Source: Candidatus Omnitrophota bacterium (lineage in GTDB: Bacteria > Omnitrophota > Gorgyraeia > Duberdicusellales > 4484-171). Taken from it: a DNA stretch of 64,000 nucleotides. The translations under genes and the position numbers were made by a program. How positions within the stretch are numbered: the first letter of the stretch is position 1; every line of letters starts with the position of its first letter. The notes beneath the pieces were generated by a model that did not search any database, had not been told where the DNA came from, and saw only the letters and a list, made by a program, of their open reading frames with translations. This document shows positions 47,552 to 56,592 of the stretch, piece after piece. Location: contig JAFGQU010000023.1 of NCBI GenBank assembly GCA_016935525.1, forward strand, positions 897 to 64,896, read 5' to 3'.

Positions 47552-48025
47552 TTACCAATAGAGTTTTTGAAACTTCTGGGAATATCGACGCAACCACTCA
47601 CGGGATGCCTCAGGCAGGGAAATCTCACGGCCCAGCTGTTGCTTACGCAATTGCCAGTACTCACCGATCAAATACATCTGTTCGATAAGCCGGACACGAA
47701 AAGCGTCGCTGACATCCTGAAAGTTTACCCCCACCAGGTAATGGTTTTCTCGAGAGTCTTTCGTACAATGAACGACTTTGGCATGTACGGTATATACTTT
47801 ATTGCGAAAAGGGATCTTTATTTTAAGTACAGCGTTTTTGGTAAGCACTTCGCGCGTAGCGAACAAAAGCCCGCCCCGGCTGATATTAAGAGTCCGGGAT
47901 TTGCCTTTCGTTGATTTTTGAGACAGACAGGACCTTTTTTTTACGACCTGATATTCAAACGGGAGGCTGATCGGATGACGTATTGATTGTCTGCGTTCCT
48001 GAGGGTCTTGCTTACGTGCGGCCAT
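47552..48025 (-). CDS. PilZ domain protein with C-terminal extension (paralogue of 46278-46757)
   Basis: ERRQSIRHP, NISRGG, AFRVRLIEQMYLI...EASREWLRRYSQKFQKLYW. Confidence 0.88.
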   Translation of the reverse strand: MAARKQDPQERRQSIRHPISLPFEYQVVKKRSCLSQKSTKGKSRTLNISRGGLLFATREVLTKNAVLKIKIPFRNKVYTVHAKVVHCTKDSRENHYLVGVNFQDVSDAFRVRLIEQMYLIGEYWQLRKQQLGREISLPEASREWLRRYSQKFQKLYW

Positions 48026-48121
48026 CGGTTATTCTTTCGGTTAAAATCTATTCAGATTATAATACTATTTCCGAAAGAAACGGTCAACCTGATTGATTTT
48101 ATTCTGGGCTACCGGAATGGA

Positions 48122-48988
48122 TCAAAAAGAGAGGTAGTCTTCTCGGGAAGAGAGAGCGTGTATCGCCCGGGTGATCCGGGATAATGACCGTTCGTCATGC
48201 TGGCGTTTAGTATCCAGCGAACAATACTCAGAAAGCGCCTCGGTCGCGTATGCCGAGAGCGTTTGATATATTTCGTTTTCCCGGGAATTTTTATTTTCCA
48301 GAGCTACAAACACGTTAAAGATATGCTGTACCGTTTCAGCCCGGAACGTTTGGTTATATTCTACGGTAAAAAAATCGCAGAGTGTCCGGGCGATCACTAC
48401 CGGGTCCTCATCGATCATCATCATAATCTCCTCTGACGCGGCGCGTACCGTTTCTTCCCTGCTGGTAAATCCATAAAGTACCAGCGGGACGACCATTTTT
48501 TTTCCCTGCGCGGCGATGAGCTCTTTCTTGGCACTACACAGGCTGTCATCGCCTCTTGATTCCAGGGAAAGGATTATCCCGCCGATCACCGAATAGTAAT
48601 TTAAAATGATGCTTAATTCCTCGCCGCCGATACTTTTCTCCATATGTACCTGATCGATACCTTTAAGTACTTGATGAATAAGTTGAGCGCTCTTGTCCAC
48701 GGTACGTTCGTCGCGGGAGCCCCACAACTCAGCCAACAGTAACGCTTCCTCATCATTTAACGGCTGGAAATTATCGAGTTTTTTCTGGATAAGCGATAAC
48801 AATTTTAATTCTTCGGCAACAACCGCGGGTTCTTCCCGAGTGATCTTTTCCCAATCGACCCACTGGGCGTTATTGACCGCTTTAGCCAGAAGGTTTTCTT
48901 CGGCATACGCCGAGAATTGATAGGTATCCTTACGGCAAGGCCCCATCACGATAATAATCACCAGGCTCAACAAAAATATCCGTTTCAT
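48122..48988 (-). CDS. Secreted alpha-helical hypothetical protein
   Basis: Signal peptide, 288 aa, GGAG RBS. Confidence 0.65.
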   Translation of the reverse strand: MKRIFLLSLVIIIVMGPCRKDTYQFSAYAEENLLAKAVNNAQWVDWEKITREEPAVVAEELKLLSLIQKKLDNFQPLNDEEALLLAELWGSRDERTVDKSAQLIHQVLKGIDQVHMEKSIGGEELSIILNYYSVIGGIILSLESRGDDSLCSAKKELIAAQGKKMVVPLVLYGFTSREETVRAASEEIMMMIDEDPVVIARTLCDFFTVEYNQTFRAETVQHIFNVFVALENKNSRENEIYQTLSAYATEALSEYCSLDTKRQHDERSLSRITRAIHALSSREDYLSF

Positions 48989-49272
48989 CTGTCCGCTCCG
49001 TGTATGACCGTTTTTTTATAGTGCTCCATAACCTCAACTTATTTATACTATTTTCTTTTTAAGGATTTCAATACGCCGGCAGTAAATACCCTCCCCGGCC
49101 ATAAAACGGGCAATAAAACAAAAGTTAATTCTGAAATTTTGTAAACGTTTACTTGAGGTTTTTAAGCCGCGGCAGGGGGGGACCGGATAAAACCACCGGT
49201 AGCCTATCTACCTTAAGAAAAGATACTGGACGTCGATCCGTAAAGATAAAATATTTATGTTATAATCGGATT

Positions 49273-50118
49273 ATGGCTTATTATGCGGTTCGTTGTGTGA
49301 TGATCATCTCGTTATTGCTTGGCGGATGTTGTTTTACTCCTTATCGGTTCAATTATCTTGATGAGGACCGGCCCCGGTATCTGTCTTCAACCGGGTACCG
49401 AAAAGGGATCTCTCCGGGGAAAAACATCAAGGTCGTCTCTTATAATATCAAATATTCCCGACATCCCGAAGCGCTCCGGCTCTTTAAGAAAGAAATATCA
49501 TTGTCCGATGCCGATATTATCTGTTTGCAGGAGATGGATATAAAATCCGTAAAGGAGATCGCCTCTTACCTTGATTATAATTATGTGTATTATCCTTCCA
49601 GCCATTCTTCCCGATGCGGCCGGGATTTCGGGCCGGCGATACTCAGCAAATTCCCGATAGAAAAAACCCGCAAAATCATGTTGCCGCCTTATCAGGAAAA
49701 GAAAATGTATAAAATACAGCGTATTGCCGTAATAGCCCAAATAACCTTAGATTCTGCCCCTTTGACCGTCGTCTCTACCCACCTGGGAGTCTTTATCTCC
49801 CCCGACGAAAGGATAACACAGGCCGAGACCATCCTTGATGCTCTCGATGGATATCCCGCCCCTTATATCATCGCCGGAGATTTTAATACGTTCAATACCC
49901 GGCACCGCAAGGCTGTCTCTCCAGTACTGGCACAGGCAGGTTTTTCTCTGGCGACTTCCTGTGTTAAATGGACATACAAACACTGGTATTTATTTAACAA
50001 AAAAGCTCTGTACGATTATATATTTGTGAAAGGGGCCGCAGTCAAAGAGTGCGGGTATGTGGCTGACCTTAAGGCGAGCGACCATATGCCGATATGGGCC
50101 GTACTCGCGTTACCGTGA
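49273..50118 (+). CDS. Endonuclease/exonuclease/phosphatase (EEP) family lipoprotein (start uncertain)
   Basis: VSYNI, ICLQE, THL, AGDFN, DYIF, ASDHMP. Confidence 0.88.
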   Translation: MAYYAVRCVMIISLLLGGCCFTPYRFNYLDEDRPRYLSSTGYRKGISPGKNIKVVSYNIKYSRHPEALRLFKKEISLSDADIICLQEMDIKSVKEIASYLDYNYVYYPSSHSSRCGRDFGPAILSKFPIEKTRKIMLPPYQEKKMYKIQRIAVIAQITLDSAPLTVVSTHLGVFISPDERITQAETILDALDGYPAPYIIAGDFNTFNTRHRKAVSPVLAQAGFSLATSCVKWTYKHWYLFNKKALYDYIFVKGAAVKECGYVADLKASDHMPIWAVLALP

Positions 50119-50649
50119 AAAAAGTACTGACCGGTACGTATCATAAACCGGAGTATTGAAACATACGATCATCACTTTATCCACCGACGGGTATTTTTCG
50201 AGGCATTCTTTGATCTTGGCCAAGGCAATCGGTACGGCCGCATCAAGCGGGAACCGGTACGCCCCGGTACTGATCGAAGGAAACGCGATCGTCTTTATCC
50301 GATACGGTTCAACGAACCGAAAACAGCTTTCATAACACCTCCCAAGCAATAATTCTTCACCATGGATGCCGCCGCGCCATACCGGCCCTACGGTATGGAT
50401 CACCCATTCAGCCTGCAGGTTATACCCTTTGGTGATCTTCGCCTCTCCCGTAGCGCAGCCGCCTACACGGCGGCATTCTTCAAGAAGCCCGGGCCCTGCG
50501 GCCCGATGGATCGCTCCATCGACCCCGCCGCCGCCTAAAAGTGAATTGTTCGCGGCGTTGACAATCGCATCAACCGCTATGCTGGTAATATCTCCTTCGG
50601 TAATCTCTATCCGGTCAAACTTCATTTTTATCTCTACCGGCAGATTCAC
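50110..50649 (-). CDS. Macro domain O-acetyl-ADP-ribose deacetylase (YmdB-like)
   Basis: GDIT, DAIVNAAN.SLLGGGGVDGAIH, VIHTVGP, AFPSISTGAY. Confidence 0.93.
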   Translation of the reverse strand: MNLPVEIKMKFDRIEITEGDITSIAVDAIVNAANNSLLGGGGVDGAIHRAAGPGLLEECRRVGGCATGEAKITKGYNLQAEWVIHTVGPVWRGGIHGEELLLGRCYESCFRFVEPYRIKTIAFPSISTGAYRFPLDAAVPIALAKIKECLEKYPSVDKVMIVCFNTPVYDTYRSVLFSR

Positions 50650-50718
50650 TTAAAAAACCGTATATTATTCCGCCGTTTTTATAATAACAGAGATAGGGCT
50701 GGATAGAAACGATTAATG

Positions 50719-51102
50719 CTATTTTTTATCCTCGAGGATAGGGAGGATCATCCGGTAAAGTTTAGGGAATTCGAACGGTTTACTAAGAAAAGCATCCGCC
50801 GGGATGTCAATTTGAGACAATTCAGTAAGACATTGTCCGGTACAAAAAATAATGGGGATATCTTTGGTAACCGAATCTTCTTTTAGCACGTGGGCCGTTT
50901 CAATTCCGTCCATCACCGGCATTATCCCGTCAAGGATGATCAGGTCCGGTGTGCGTTTTTGAACCTCCTCCAAGGCCTCCTTTCCGTTCTTAGCTTCTTT
51001 GATAGAGAATCCCCGCCTCTGGAGAATCAGGTTTAAACAATAGCGTAAGAGATCATCGTCATCGACAATCGATATGACTGATTTGCCCTGCTTGATCTGC
51101 AT
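50719..51102 (-). CDS. Single-domain response regulator (start uncertain)
   Basis: IVDDD, LIILDGIMPVMDG, IIFCT, SKPF. Confidence 0.85.
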   Translation of the reverse strand: MQIKQGKSVISIVDDDDLLRYCLNLILQRRGFSIKEAKNGKEALEEVQKRTPDLIILDGIMPVMDGIETAHVLKEDSVTKDIPIIFCTGQCLTELSQIDIPADAFLSKPFEFPKLYRMILPILEDKK

Positions 51103-51142
51103 CCAAAACCTCTGGATATCCCGGGCACCAATCAAAGTATAC

Positions 51143-51160
51143 CACCTTACGCATAAGGTG
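51143..51160. promoter_or_regulatory. Palindrome, candidate operator between the divergent response regulator and XRE genes
   Basis: CACCTTA-CGCA-TAAGGTG. Confidence 0.4.
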
Positions 51161-51196
51161 TCAATATAGTAAATTTTATGTTACCTTTATATCGTT

Positions 51197-51418
51197 ATGG
51201 AGAAAGACATTCGGGTAAATTACGCGAAACGTTTGCGGGCACTCCGTAAAAAACACGGGTACACTCAGCAGAAGCTTGCTGAACGCGCCAACATAGAATA
51301 CAAACATATTCAACGGCTGGAAAGTAAAAATCCCTGCGACGTGAAACTCAGCACTCTGGGAAAAATCGCCAAAGCCTTCAAAATCCCTCTTGCCAAATTA
51401 CTTGACTTTGACGACTAA
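51197..51418 (+). CDS. XRE-family HTH transcriptional regulator
   Basis: LRALRKKHGYTQQKLAE...IQRLE...LSTLGKIAKAF. Confidence 0.9.
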   Translation: MEKDIRVNYAKRLRALRKKHGYTQQKLAERANIEYKHIQRLESKNPCDVKLSTLGKIAKAFKIPLAKLLDFDD

Positions 51419-51430
51419 CCTCCATCTAAC

Positions 51431-51457
51431 CATATCACACCTCGTAGGTGTGATATG
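51431..51457. repeat. REP-like hairpin, left flank of the Y1 transposase
   Basis: CATATCACACCT-CGT-AGGTGTGATATG. Confidence 0.85.
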
Positions 51458-51470
51458 CGGTTAAAACCAT

Positions 51471-52121
51471 TTAATCAAAAAGAAAATCTTTTATCTTCGC
51501 TAATTGACGCTGATAAGAGATCCTTCCTTCTACAAACTGGCGATATCTTGTCGGCTTGATTGCCAATAAATCCTGATACTGGCAGATCTTCTCTTTCTGA
51601 AATTTACGGAAAACATATTCTCGATAAGAAGAAGCAGACCAATCTTCTGGATTATTGATAAATCCAGCAGTGACCGGATTAAGATGAACATAGCGAGTCA
51701 GATGCAATAATTGTTCGTCACTCTCTACAAGCACCCTTTTAAACCTTCCTTCCCACAACGGCCCTTTTCGTTTATATTTAGTGTTGAAATACTTAGAATA
51801 GCTATTTAGTATCTTACCCATAAATGCTGAGATACCATGTTCTTTTAATTGTTTGAGAATAAAATGCAAGTGAGTCGGCATAATACAGTAAGCAATAATA
51901 TTTACAATTTTCTCTTCGGGATTAGTTGACTCGATCCCCCCTACAAGGCTACTTTTCTGTCGCGTAAACCGATCTCTATAAGAAAACCTTATATTGATAC
52001 TATTCTGATAATATAAAATCAATCCTTCTATACGCATATAATCACGCAGATTGTTAAATATCCTAAAACCAGCAATGCTTTTTGTAAAAACGTGATATAC
52101 GCCCTCATTCACTAAAGACAT
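51471..52121 (-). mobile_element. Y1 HUH transposase, REP-associated (RAYT/IS200-like) type
   Basis: YHVFTK..GFRIF, AYCIMPTHLH (HUH), GPLWEGRF, RYVHLNPV, W..SSY; visibly AT-rich; flanked by inverted hairpins. Confidence 0.88.
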
Positions 52122-52143
52122 ATTTACTCCTTTCCTTTTCCCT

Positions 52144-52178
52144 CCCCTATATCACACCTACGAGGTGTGATATAGGGG
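52144..52178. repeat. REP-like hairpin, right flank of the Y1 transposase
   Basis: CCCCTATATCACACCT-ACG-AGGTGTGATATAGGGG; inverted relative to 51431-51457. Confidence 0.88.
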
Positions 52179-52187
52179 GAATAACGG

Positions 52188-52895
52188 TCAGAGTAAGCCG
52201 CGGTCAATAAAGCTATAATACACATCGTCGCCGATAATGATGTGGTCTAATACTTTTATCTGTAATGCGTCTCCGGCTTTTGTTAATGCCGCGGTGAAAT
52301 CCCGGTCCTCTTCGCTGGGCTGAGGATTTCCGGAAGGGTGGTTATGAACACAAATAACAGCAACAGCAAAGTATTCAATGGCCTTCTGAAAGATCTCACG
52401 CAATATCGGCTGGACATGGTTCACCGTTCCTTCGGTAGCCTCGATTATTTCAATCACCCGGTTCCGGCTATCAAGAAGTATTATTTTAAATACTTCCTTT
52501 TTTAAATCCCGCAGACGAGGCATCAATAACCGGGAGATATCTTTTGAGGATTTTATCTGAGGCCGATCTTTGTTTTTCCCGGCAATAAACCGCCGGGATA
52601 TCTCTAACGCCGCTCTTATCCGGGTGATCTTTGCTTTCCCCAGCCCTTTGACCGCCTGCCAACGCGAAAAATCGATATGCGCCATATTACGAAATCCCTG
52701 AAATTCCTGCATGATCCGACGAGCCAGGTCCAATGCGCTCACCCCTTTTGTCCCATTTCCCAGAAGGATTGCTAACAACTCCGCATCAGAAAGAGTATGT
52801 TCTCCATACTTTAACAAGCGTTCACGTGGACGGTCATCGTCAGCCCACGATTTTATCCCGGCTCCATACATTTTTCTTATTTTTTCTCTTTTCAT
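52188..52895 (-). CDS. radC: RadC/UPF0758 family JAB-domain protein
   Basis: RPRERLL..G...LSDAELLAILL, HNHPSGNPQPS.ED, LDHIIIG. Confidence 0.94.
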   Translation of the reverse strand: MKREKIRKMYGAGIKSWADDDRPRERLLKYGEHTLSDAELLAILLGNGTKGVSALDLARRIMQEFQGFRNMAHIDFSRWQAVKGLGKAKITRIRAALEISRRFIAGKNKDRPQIKSSKDISRLLMPRLRDLKKEVFKIILLDSRNRVIEIIEATEGTVNHVQPILREIFQKAIEYFAVAVICVHNHPSGNPQPSEEDRDFTAALTKAGDALQIKVLDHIIIGDDVYYSFIDRGLL

Positions 52896-52932
52896 ACGTA
52901 ACTACTCCTGTTTTTTCAACCGGCGACAAAAT

Positions 52933-52965
52933 AAAAAAAGACTTTGCTTCCCCGGGCAAAGTCTT
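52933..52965 (-). terminator. Intrinsic terminator in the radC leader
   Basis: Minus strand AAGACTTTGC-N8-GCAAAGTCTTTTTTT. Confidence 0.7.
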
Positions 52966-53017
52966 CATTGGTTATTTAGTTTATTCCTGTGATAGTCGAC
53001 CAATACGTATCAGTTTA

Positions 53018-53046
53018 ATAATATAAATAAAAATGGTTTCAGTCAA
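53018..53046 (-). promoter_or_regulatory. Putative sigma70 promoter upstream of radC
   Basis: TTGACT-N17-TATTAT on the minus strand. Confidence 0.5.
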
Positions 53047-53225
53047 TACCTCACTGTATTTTTAAAATTTTACTCCGGCGCGGCAAAAATCAAAACAAAA
53101 TCATCCTGACAAAAGCATACCTGTCAAGAACATTTTCTGGGCCGGAAGAGAGAAATTTTGACACTGTTTTTACAATCAAGTATAATAAAGAAGAAAGGTA
53201 GTTACCGAACCGTTTTAAAATACCC

Positions 53226-54557
53226 ATGGCTGAATCCCGAAAAAAATTCTTTGTCATAGATACCAACGTCATCCTCCACGATTCTTCCTGTATCTACCAA
53301 TTTGCCGATAATGACGTCGTCATCCCCATCCCGGTCCTTGAAGAACTCGACCGGTTCAAAAAAGGGAACGAATTGATCAACGTCCATGCCCGGGGATTTT
53401 TACGGGCAATCGACGCGTTAAGTGCCGACAAACTTTTCGGGGAAGGGGTACCGATCGGGCCCGATAAAGGCAATATCATCATCAAAGTCGATCAGGAATT
53501 CTCAAACGAATTCGCGTTTAATTTTTCTCCCCAGAATCCCGATCACCATATCCTCCACATCGCCTACCGGCTCTCTCAGGACCATCCCGGCACGCCGGTG
53601 ATCCTGGTCACCAAAGACCTGAATCTGCGGATGAAAGCGAAATCCATGGGCCTGCATGCCGGAGATTATACGACCGATCATATCAAAGATATTTCCGAAC
53701 TTTACCTGGGGTACCGTATTGAAGAGAATGTCTCCGCCGAGATCATCGCTCAACTCTACAAAAAACCGTTTATGGTACCCGTAAAAGACGTCCCTTTAAA
53801 TAAAGACCTTCTTCCTAACGAATTTATTATTTTACGTAACGGGAAACAATCGGCTCTGGGAATATTCCATGCCCCGACCCAAATGATCAAACGGGTCCAG
53901 AAAACCGATGCCTACGGGATTTCTCCCCGTAATGCCGAACAGACGTTCGCGTTATATGCGTTACTTAATACCGATATCCGCCTGGTAAGTATTTCGGGAA
54001 AAGCCGGGACCGGGAAGACTCTTCTGGCGCTGGCAGCGGCGCTGGCGAACCAGAAAAACTATCGTCAGATATTTATCGCCCGGCCGGTAGTGCCGTTAAG
54101 CAACAAAGACCTGGGATTTTTACCCGGAGATATTCAGTCCAAGATGGAACCGTATATGCAACCGCTGTATGATAACCTGGGCGTGATCCAGCATAAATAT
54201 TTTTCTTCGGCCTCGAAAGACCGTCAGATCCAGAAACTGCTTGAATCCGAACAACTGCTCATCACCCCGCTCGCGTATATCCGCGGCAGAAGCCTGGTCG
54301 ACGTCTTTTTCATTGTCGATGAAGCCCAGAACCTTACTCCTCATGAGATCAAAACGATCATCACCCGAGCCGGCGAGAATACAAAGATGATATTTACCGG
54401 CGATATTTTTCAGATCGACCATCCTTATCTTAACACGTTCTCAAACGGCCTAAGTTACCTTATGGCCAAGATGAAGGGGCAGGAACTTTACACGCACATC
54501 AATCTGGAAAAAGGCGAACGTTCGGAACTGGCGGAACTGGCAAGTAATTTACTTTAA
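53226..54557 (+). CDS. PIN-PhoH (PhoH2-like) protein
   Basis: VIDTNV, VLEELD, TKDLNLR (PIN); GKAGTGKT, LGFLPG, YIRGRS, DEAQN, GD..QID. Confidence 0.92.
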   Translation: MAESRKKFFVIDTNVILHDSSCIYQFADNDVVIPIPVLEELDRFKKGNELINVHARGFLRAIDALSADKLFGEGVPIGPDKGNIIIKVDQEFSNEFAFNFSPQNPDHHILHIAYRLSQDHPGTPVILVTKDLNLRMKAKSMGLHAGDYTTDHIKDISELYLGYRIEENVSAEIIAQLYKKPFMVPVKDVPLNKDLLPNEFIILRNGKQSALGIFHAPTQMIKRVQKTDAYGISPRNAEQTFALYALLNTDIRLVSISGKAGTGKTLLALAAALANQKNYRQIFIARPVVPLSNKDLGFLPGDIQSKMEPYMQPLYDNLGVIQHKYFSSASKDRQIQKLLESEQLLITPLAYIRGRSLVDVFFIVDEAQNLTPHEIKTIITRAGENTKMIFTGDIFQIDHPYLNTFSNGLSYLMAKMKGQELYTHINLEKGERSELAELASNLL

Positions 54558-54582
54558 AGAACATACTCCCTTAAATTATAAA

Positions 54583-54715
54583 GTCACATAGACACACGTC
54601 ACATGTCACACGATTTAAAATCCTAACCATAAGAACAGATATCTGGTTTGAATTTAGAGCTTTAGATTTGTTTAGAGTTTAGTGCTTAGATTTTAGGATT
54701 TTACTCTATCCGCTA
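54583..54715. repeat. Mosaic repeat (GTCAC module, TTAGTGCTTAGATTT module, CCGCTA)
   Basis: GTCACATAGACACACGTCACATGTCACACG; TTTAGAGTTTAGTGCTTAGATTTTAGGATTT resembles 27520-27545. Confidence 0.75.
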
Positions 54716-54755
54716 CGTGAACGGAGTACTCCAGGATAGAAGCTGTAGACTTATG

Positions 54756-55175
54756 TTAAGGGGTTGGTTCTTTCTCCTGGGCGGGAGGTGCCGGCGGTAA
54801 TATTTTCTCTATACGTTCGACCAGGTCCGCGGTAGGAATAGGTTTTACGATATAATCCGCACAACGAAGAGACTGAGCTTCACTGCGGATGATGTCATCA
54901 TCAACCGCGGTAAGCATGATCACCGGGATATCACTGGTATTATGATGCGTTTTCAATATCTTTAACAGTTCCAGGCCGTTGGTCTTGGGCATCCGGATAT
55001 CCAGCAATATCACATCCGGTTTATGCCAGGGACACCGGGCGATCCACCCGCCCATGGAGGCTCCTTTTTCGGTAATCACCCGGCAATTACCTGCCCGATG
55101 CAGGTTTTCTTTTAAAAGATGCCGGAATTCCGGGTCGTCATCGACGACTAATATACGTATAGGCCTTGAAAACAT
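54756..55175 (-). CDS. Single-domain response regulator
   Basis: AAGGAG RBS; ILVVDDD, ILLDIRMP..NG, VIMLT, YIVKP. Confidence 0.88.
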   Translation of the reverse strand: MFSRPIRILVVDDDPEFRHLLKENLHRAGNCRVITEKGASMGGWIARCPWHKPDVILLDIRMPKTNGLELLKILKTHHNTSDIPVIMLTAVDDDIIRSEAQSLRCADYIVKPIPTADLVERIEKILPPAPPAQEKEPTP

Positions 55176-55262
55176 CCTGTCTCCTTTTTCAAATATTATA
55201 CATCGCGATAATCCTCTCATCCAGAGGTATTGTATACTTCGAAAAACCCAGAAAAAAAGGGA

Positions 55263-56357
55263 TTAATTGAAATCGTAACCTGAAGATTCGATAGGCTGGT
55301 CTAATTTCTGTTTGAGGTTATTGACGATCTGGGCGGCATCGTGACAGTACCGTAATGCTTGTTCGCTCACTTTGCCTTGCCGGAACAGATAGTGAAGAGA
55401 ATCTTCAAAAGTATGCATCCCTTCCCGTTTCCCGTTTTCAATAGCGGCTTTTATCTGGTACGCTTTTTTCCCCCGGATCAGATGCCGGACGGCACTATTG
55501 ACCATGAGCACTTCCGTGGCAAGATAACGACGCCCGCCGTCTCTTGCCGGGATTAACAATTGCGATACCACCATATGCAGAGAATCACTTAGTTGTACCC
55601 GGATCTGTTCCTGTTGTTGTGAAGGAAATACATCGATAACCCGGTTGACCGATTGAGCGGCATCCCGGGTATGCAGCGTAGCAAATACCAGGTGCCCGGT
55701 TTCGGCTGCGGAAATAGCCATACGGATAGTCTCAAGATCCCTCATCTCACCGACAAGGATCACATCAGGGTCTTCCCTCAAGGCACTGCGTAATCCCGCC
55801 GAAAAAGATCGCACGTGTGTACCTATCTGTCTCTGGTTTACCACCGCTCTTTTATGGGTATGGATAAATTCGATCGGGTCTTCCAAGGTAATGATATGAC
55901 AACTACGCTGGTGATTGATCCGGTCGATGATCGAAGCTAACGTCGTACTTTTACCGGAACCGGCCGGGCCGGCGATGATCACCATCCCGTTCGGTAACCA
56001 ACAGGTCTTATCGATCGCGTCCGGCAACCCCAGTTCTTCAAAAGACTGGAGGATCCCCGGGATCAAACGAAACGCCGCGCAGATCCCTTTCCGGTCACGA
56101 TAAATATGGACCCGGAACCGTCCAGCACCTTTTATCTCTCCGGCAATATCCATCTCTTTGCCGGACCGTATCTGGTTTTCCTGTTCGACAGTTAATATCT
56201 CTTTTAACAGCCCGCCGACATCACTGTCGGCCAGGGGCCGGTCGCTTAAATGTTTTAAATCACCATGCAGGCGGATGATCGGCGGTAATCCGACACATAA
56301 ATGCAGGTCTGAGGCTCCGCGTTGGGTAACCGCTTGAAATACTTTGTTAATATCCAT
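55263..56357 (-). CDS. pilT: Type IV pilus retraction ATPase
   Basis: ASDLHL, GPAGSGKSTT, ITLEDPIE, ALREDPDVILVGEMRD, AETGHLV.ATLH, AVRHLIR. Confidence 0.93.
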   Translation of the reverse strand: MDINKVFQAVTQRGASDLHLCVGLPPIIRLHGDLKHLSDRPLADSDVGGLLKEILTVEQENQIRSGKEMDIAGEIKGAGRFRVHIYRDRKGICAAFRLIPGILQSFEELGLPDAIDKTCWLPNGMVIIAGPAGSGKSTTLASIIDRINHQRSCHIITLEDPIEFIHTHKRAVVNQRQIGTHVRSFSAGLRSALREDPDVILVGEMRDLETIRMAISAAETGHLVFATLHTRDAAQSVNRVIDVFPSQQQEQIRVQLSDSLHMVVSQLLIPARDGGRRYLATEVLMVNSAVRHLIRGKKAYQIKAAIENGKREGMHTFEDSLHYLFRQGKVSEQALRYCHDAAQIVNNLKQKLDQPIESSGYDFN

Positions 56358-56592
56358 AACTACCCTTCATGTCGTTACCGGTCCGGTAAAACAGCTCTGT
56401 CCGGACAGTCCCCTCTCGTATTCACGCAGAACAATACATCCGGTTTCTCGCGTATTTCCGTACCCGATTTTTATACAGTGTGTTCCGTGACGATCTTCGT
56501 AACCCTTAATGTATAACTTATTTTCCCGGTAAATTCAAGAGCTTCGGGGTAGTTTTTTTAAGAATATGCGGTGTTTTTGCCGGATTTTCCGG

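Noticed and set aside
50719-52895. Prophage or anti-phage defence island (XRE, RadC, Macro nearby)
   Set aside because: No integrase, structural phage genes or recognisable defence effectors; the Macro and RadC proteins look like housekeeping types.
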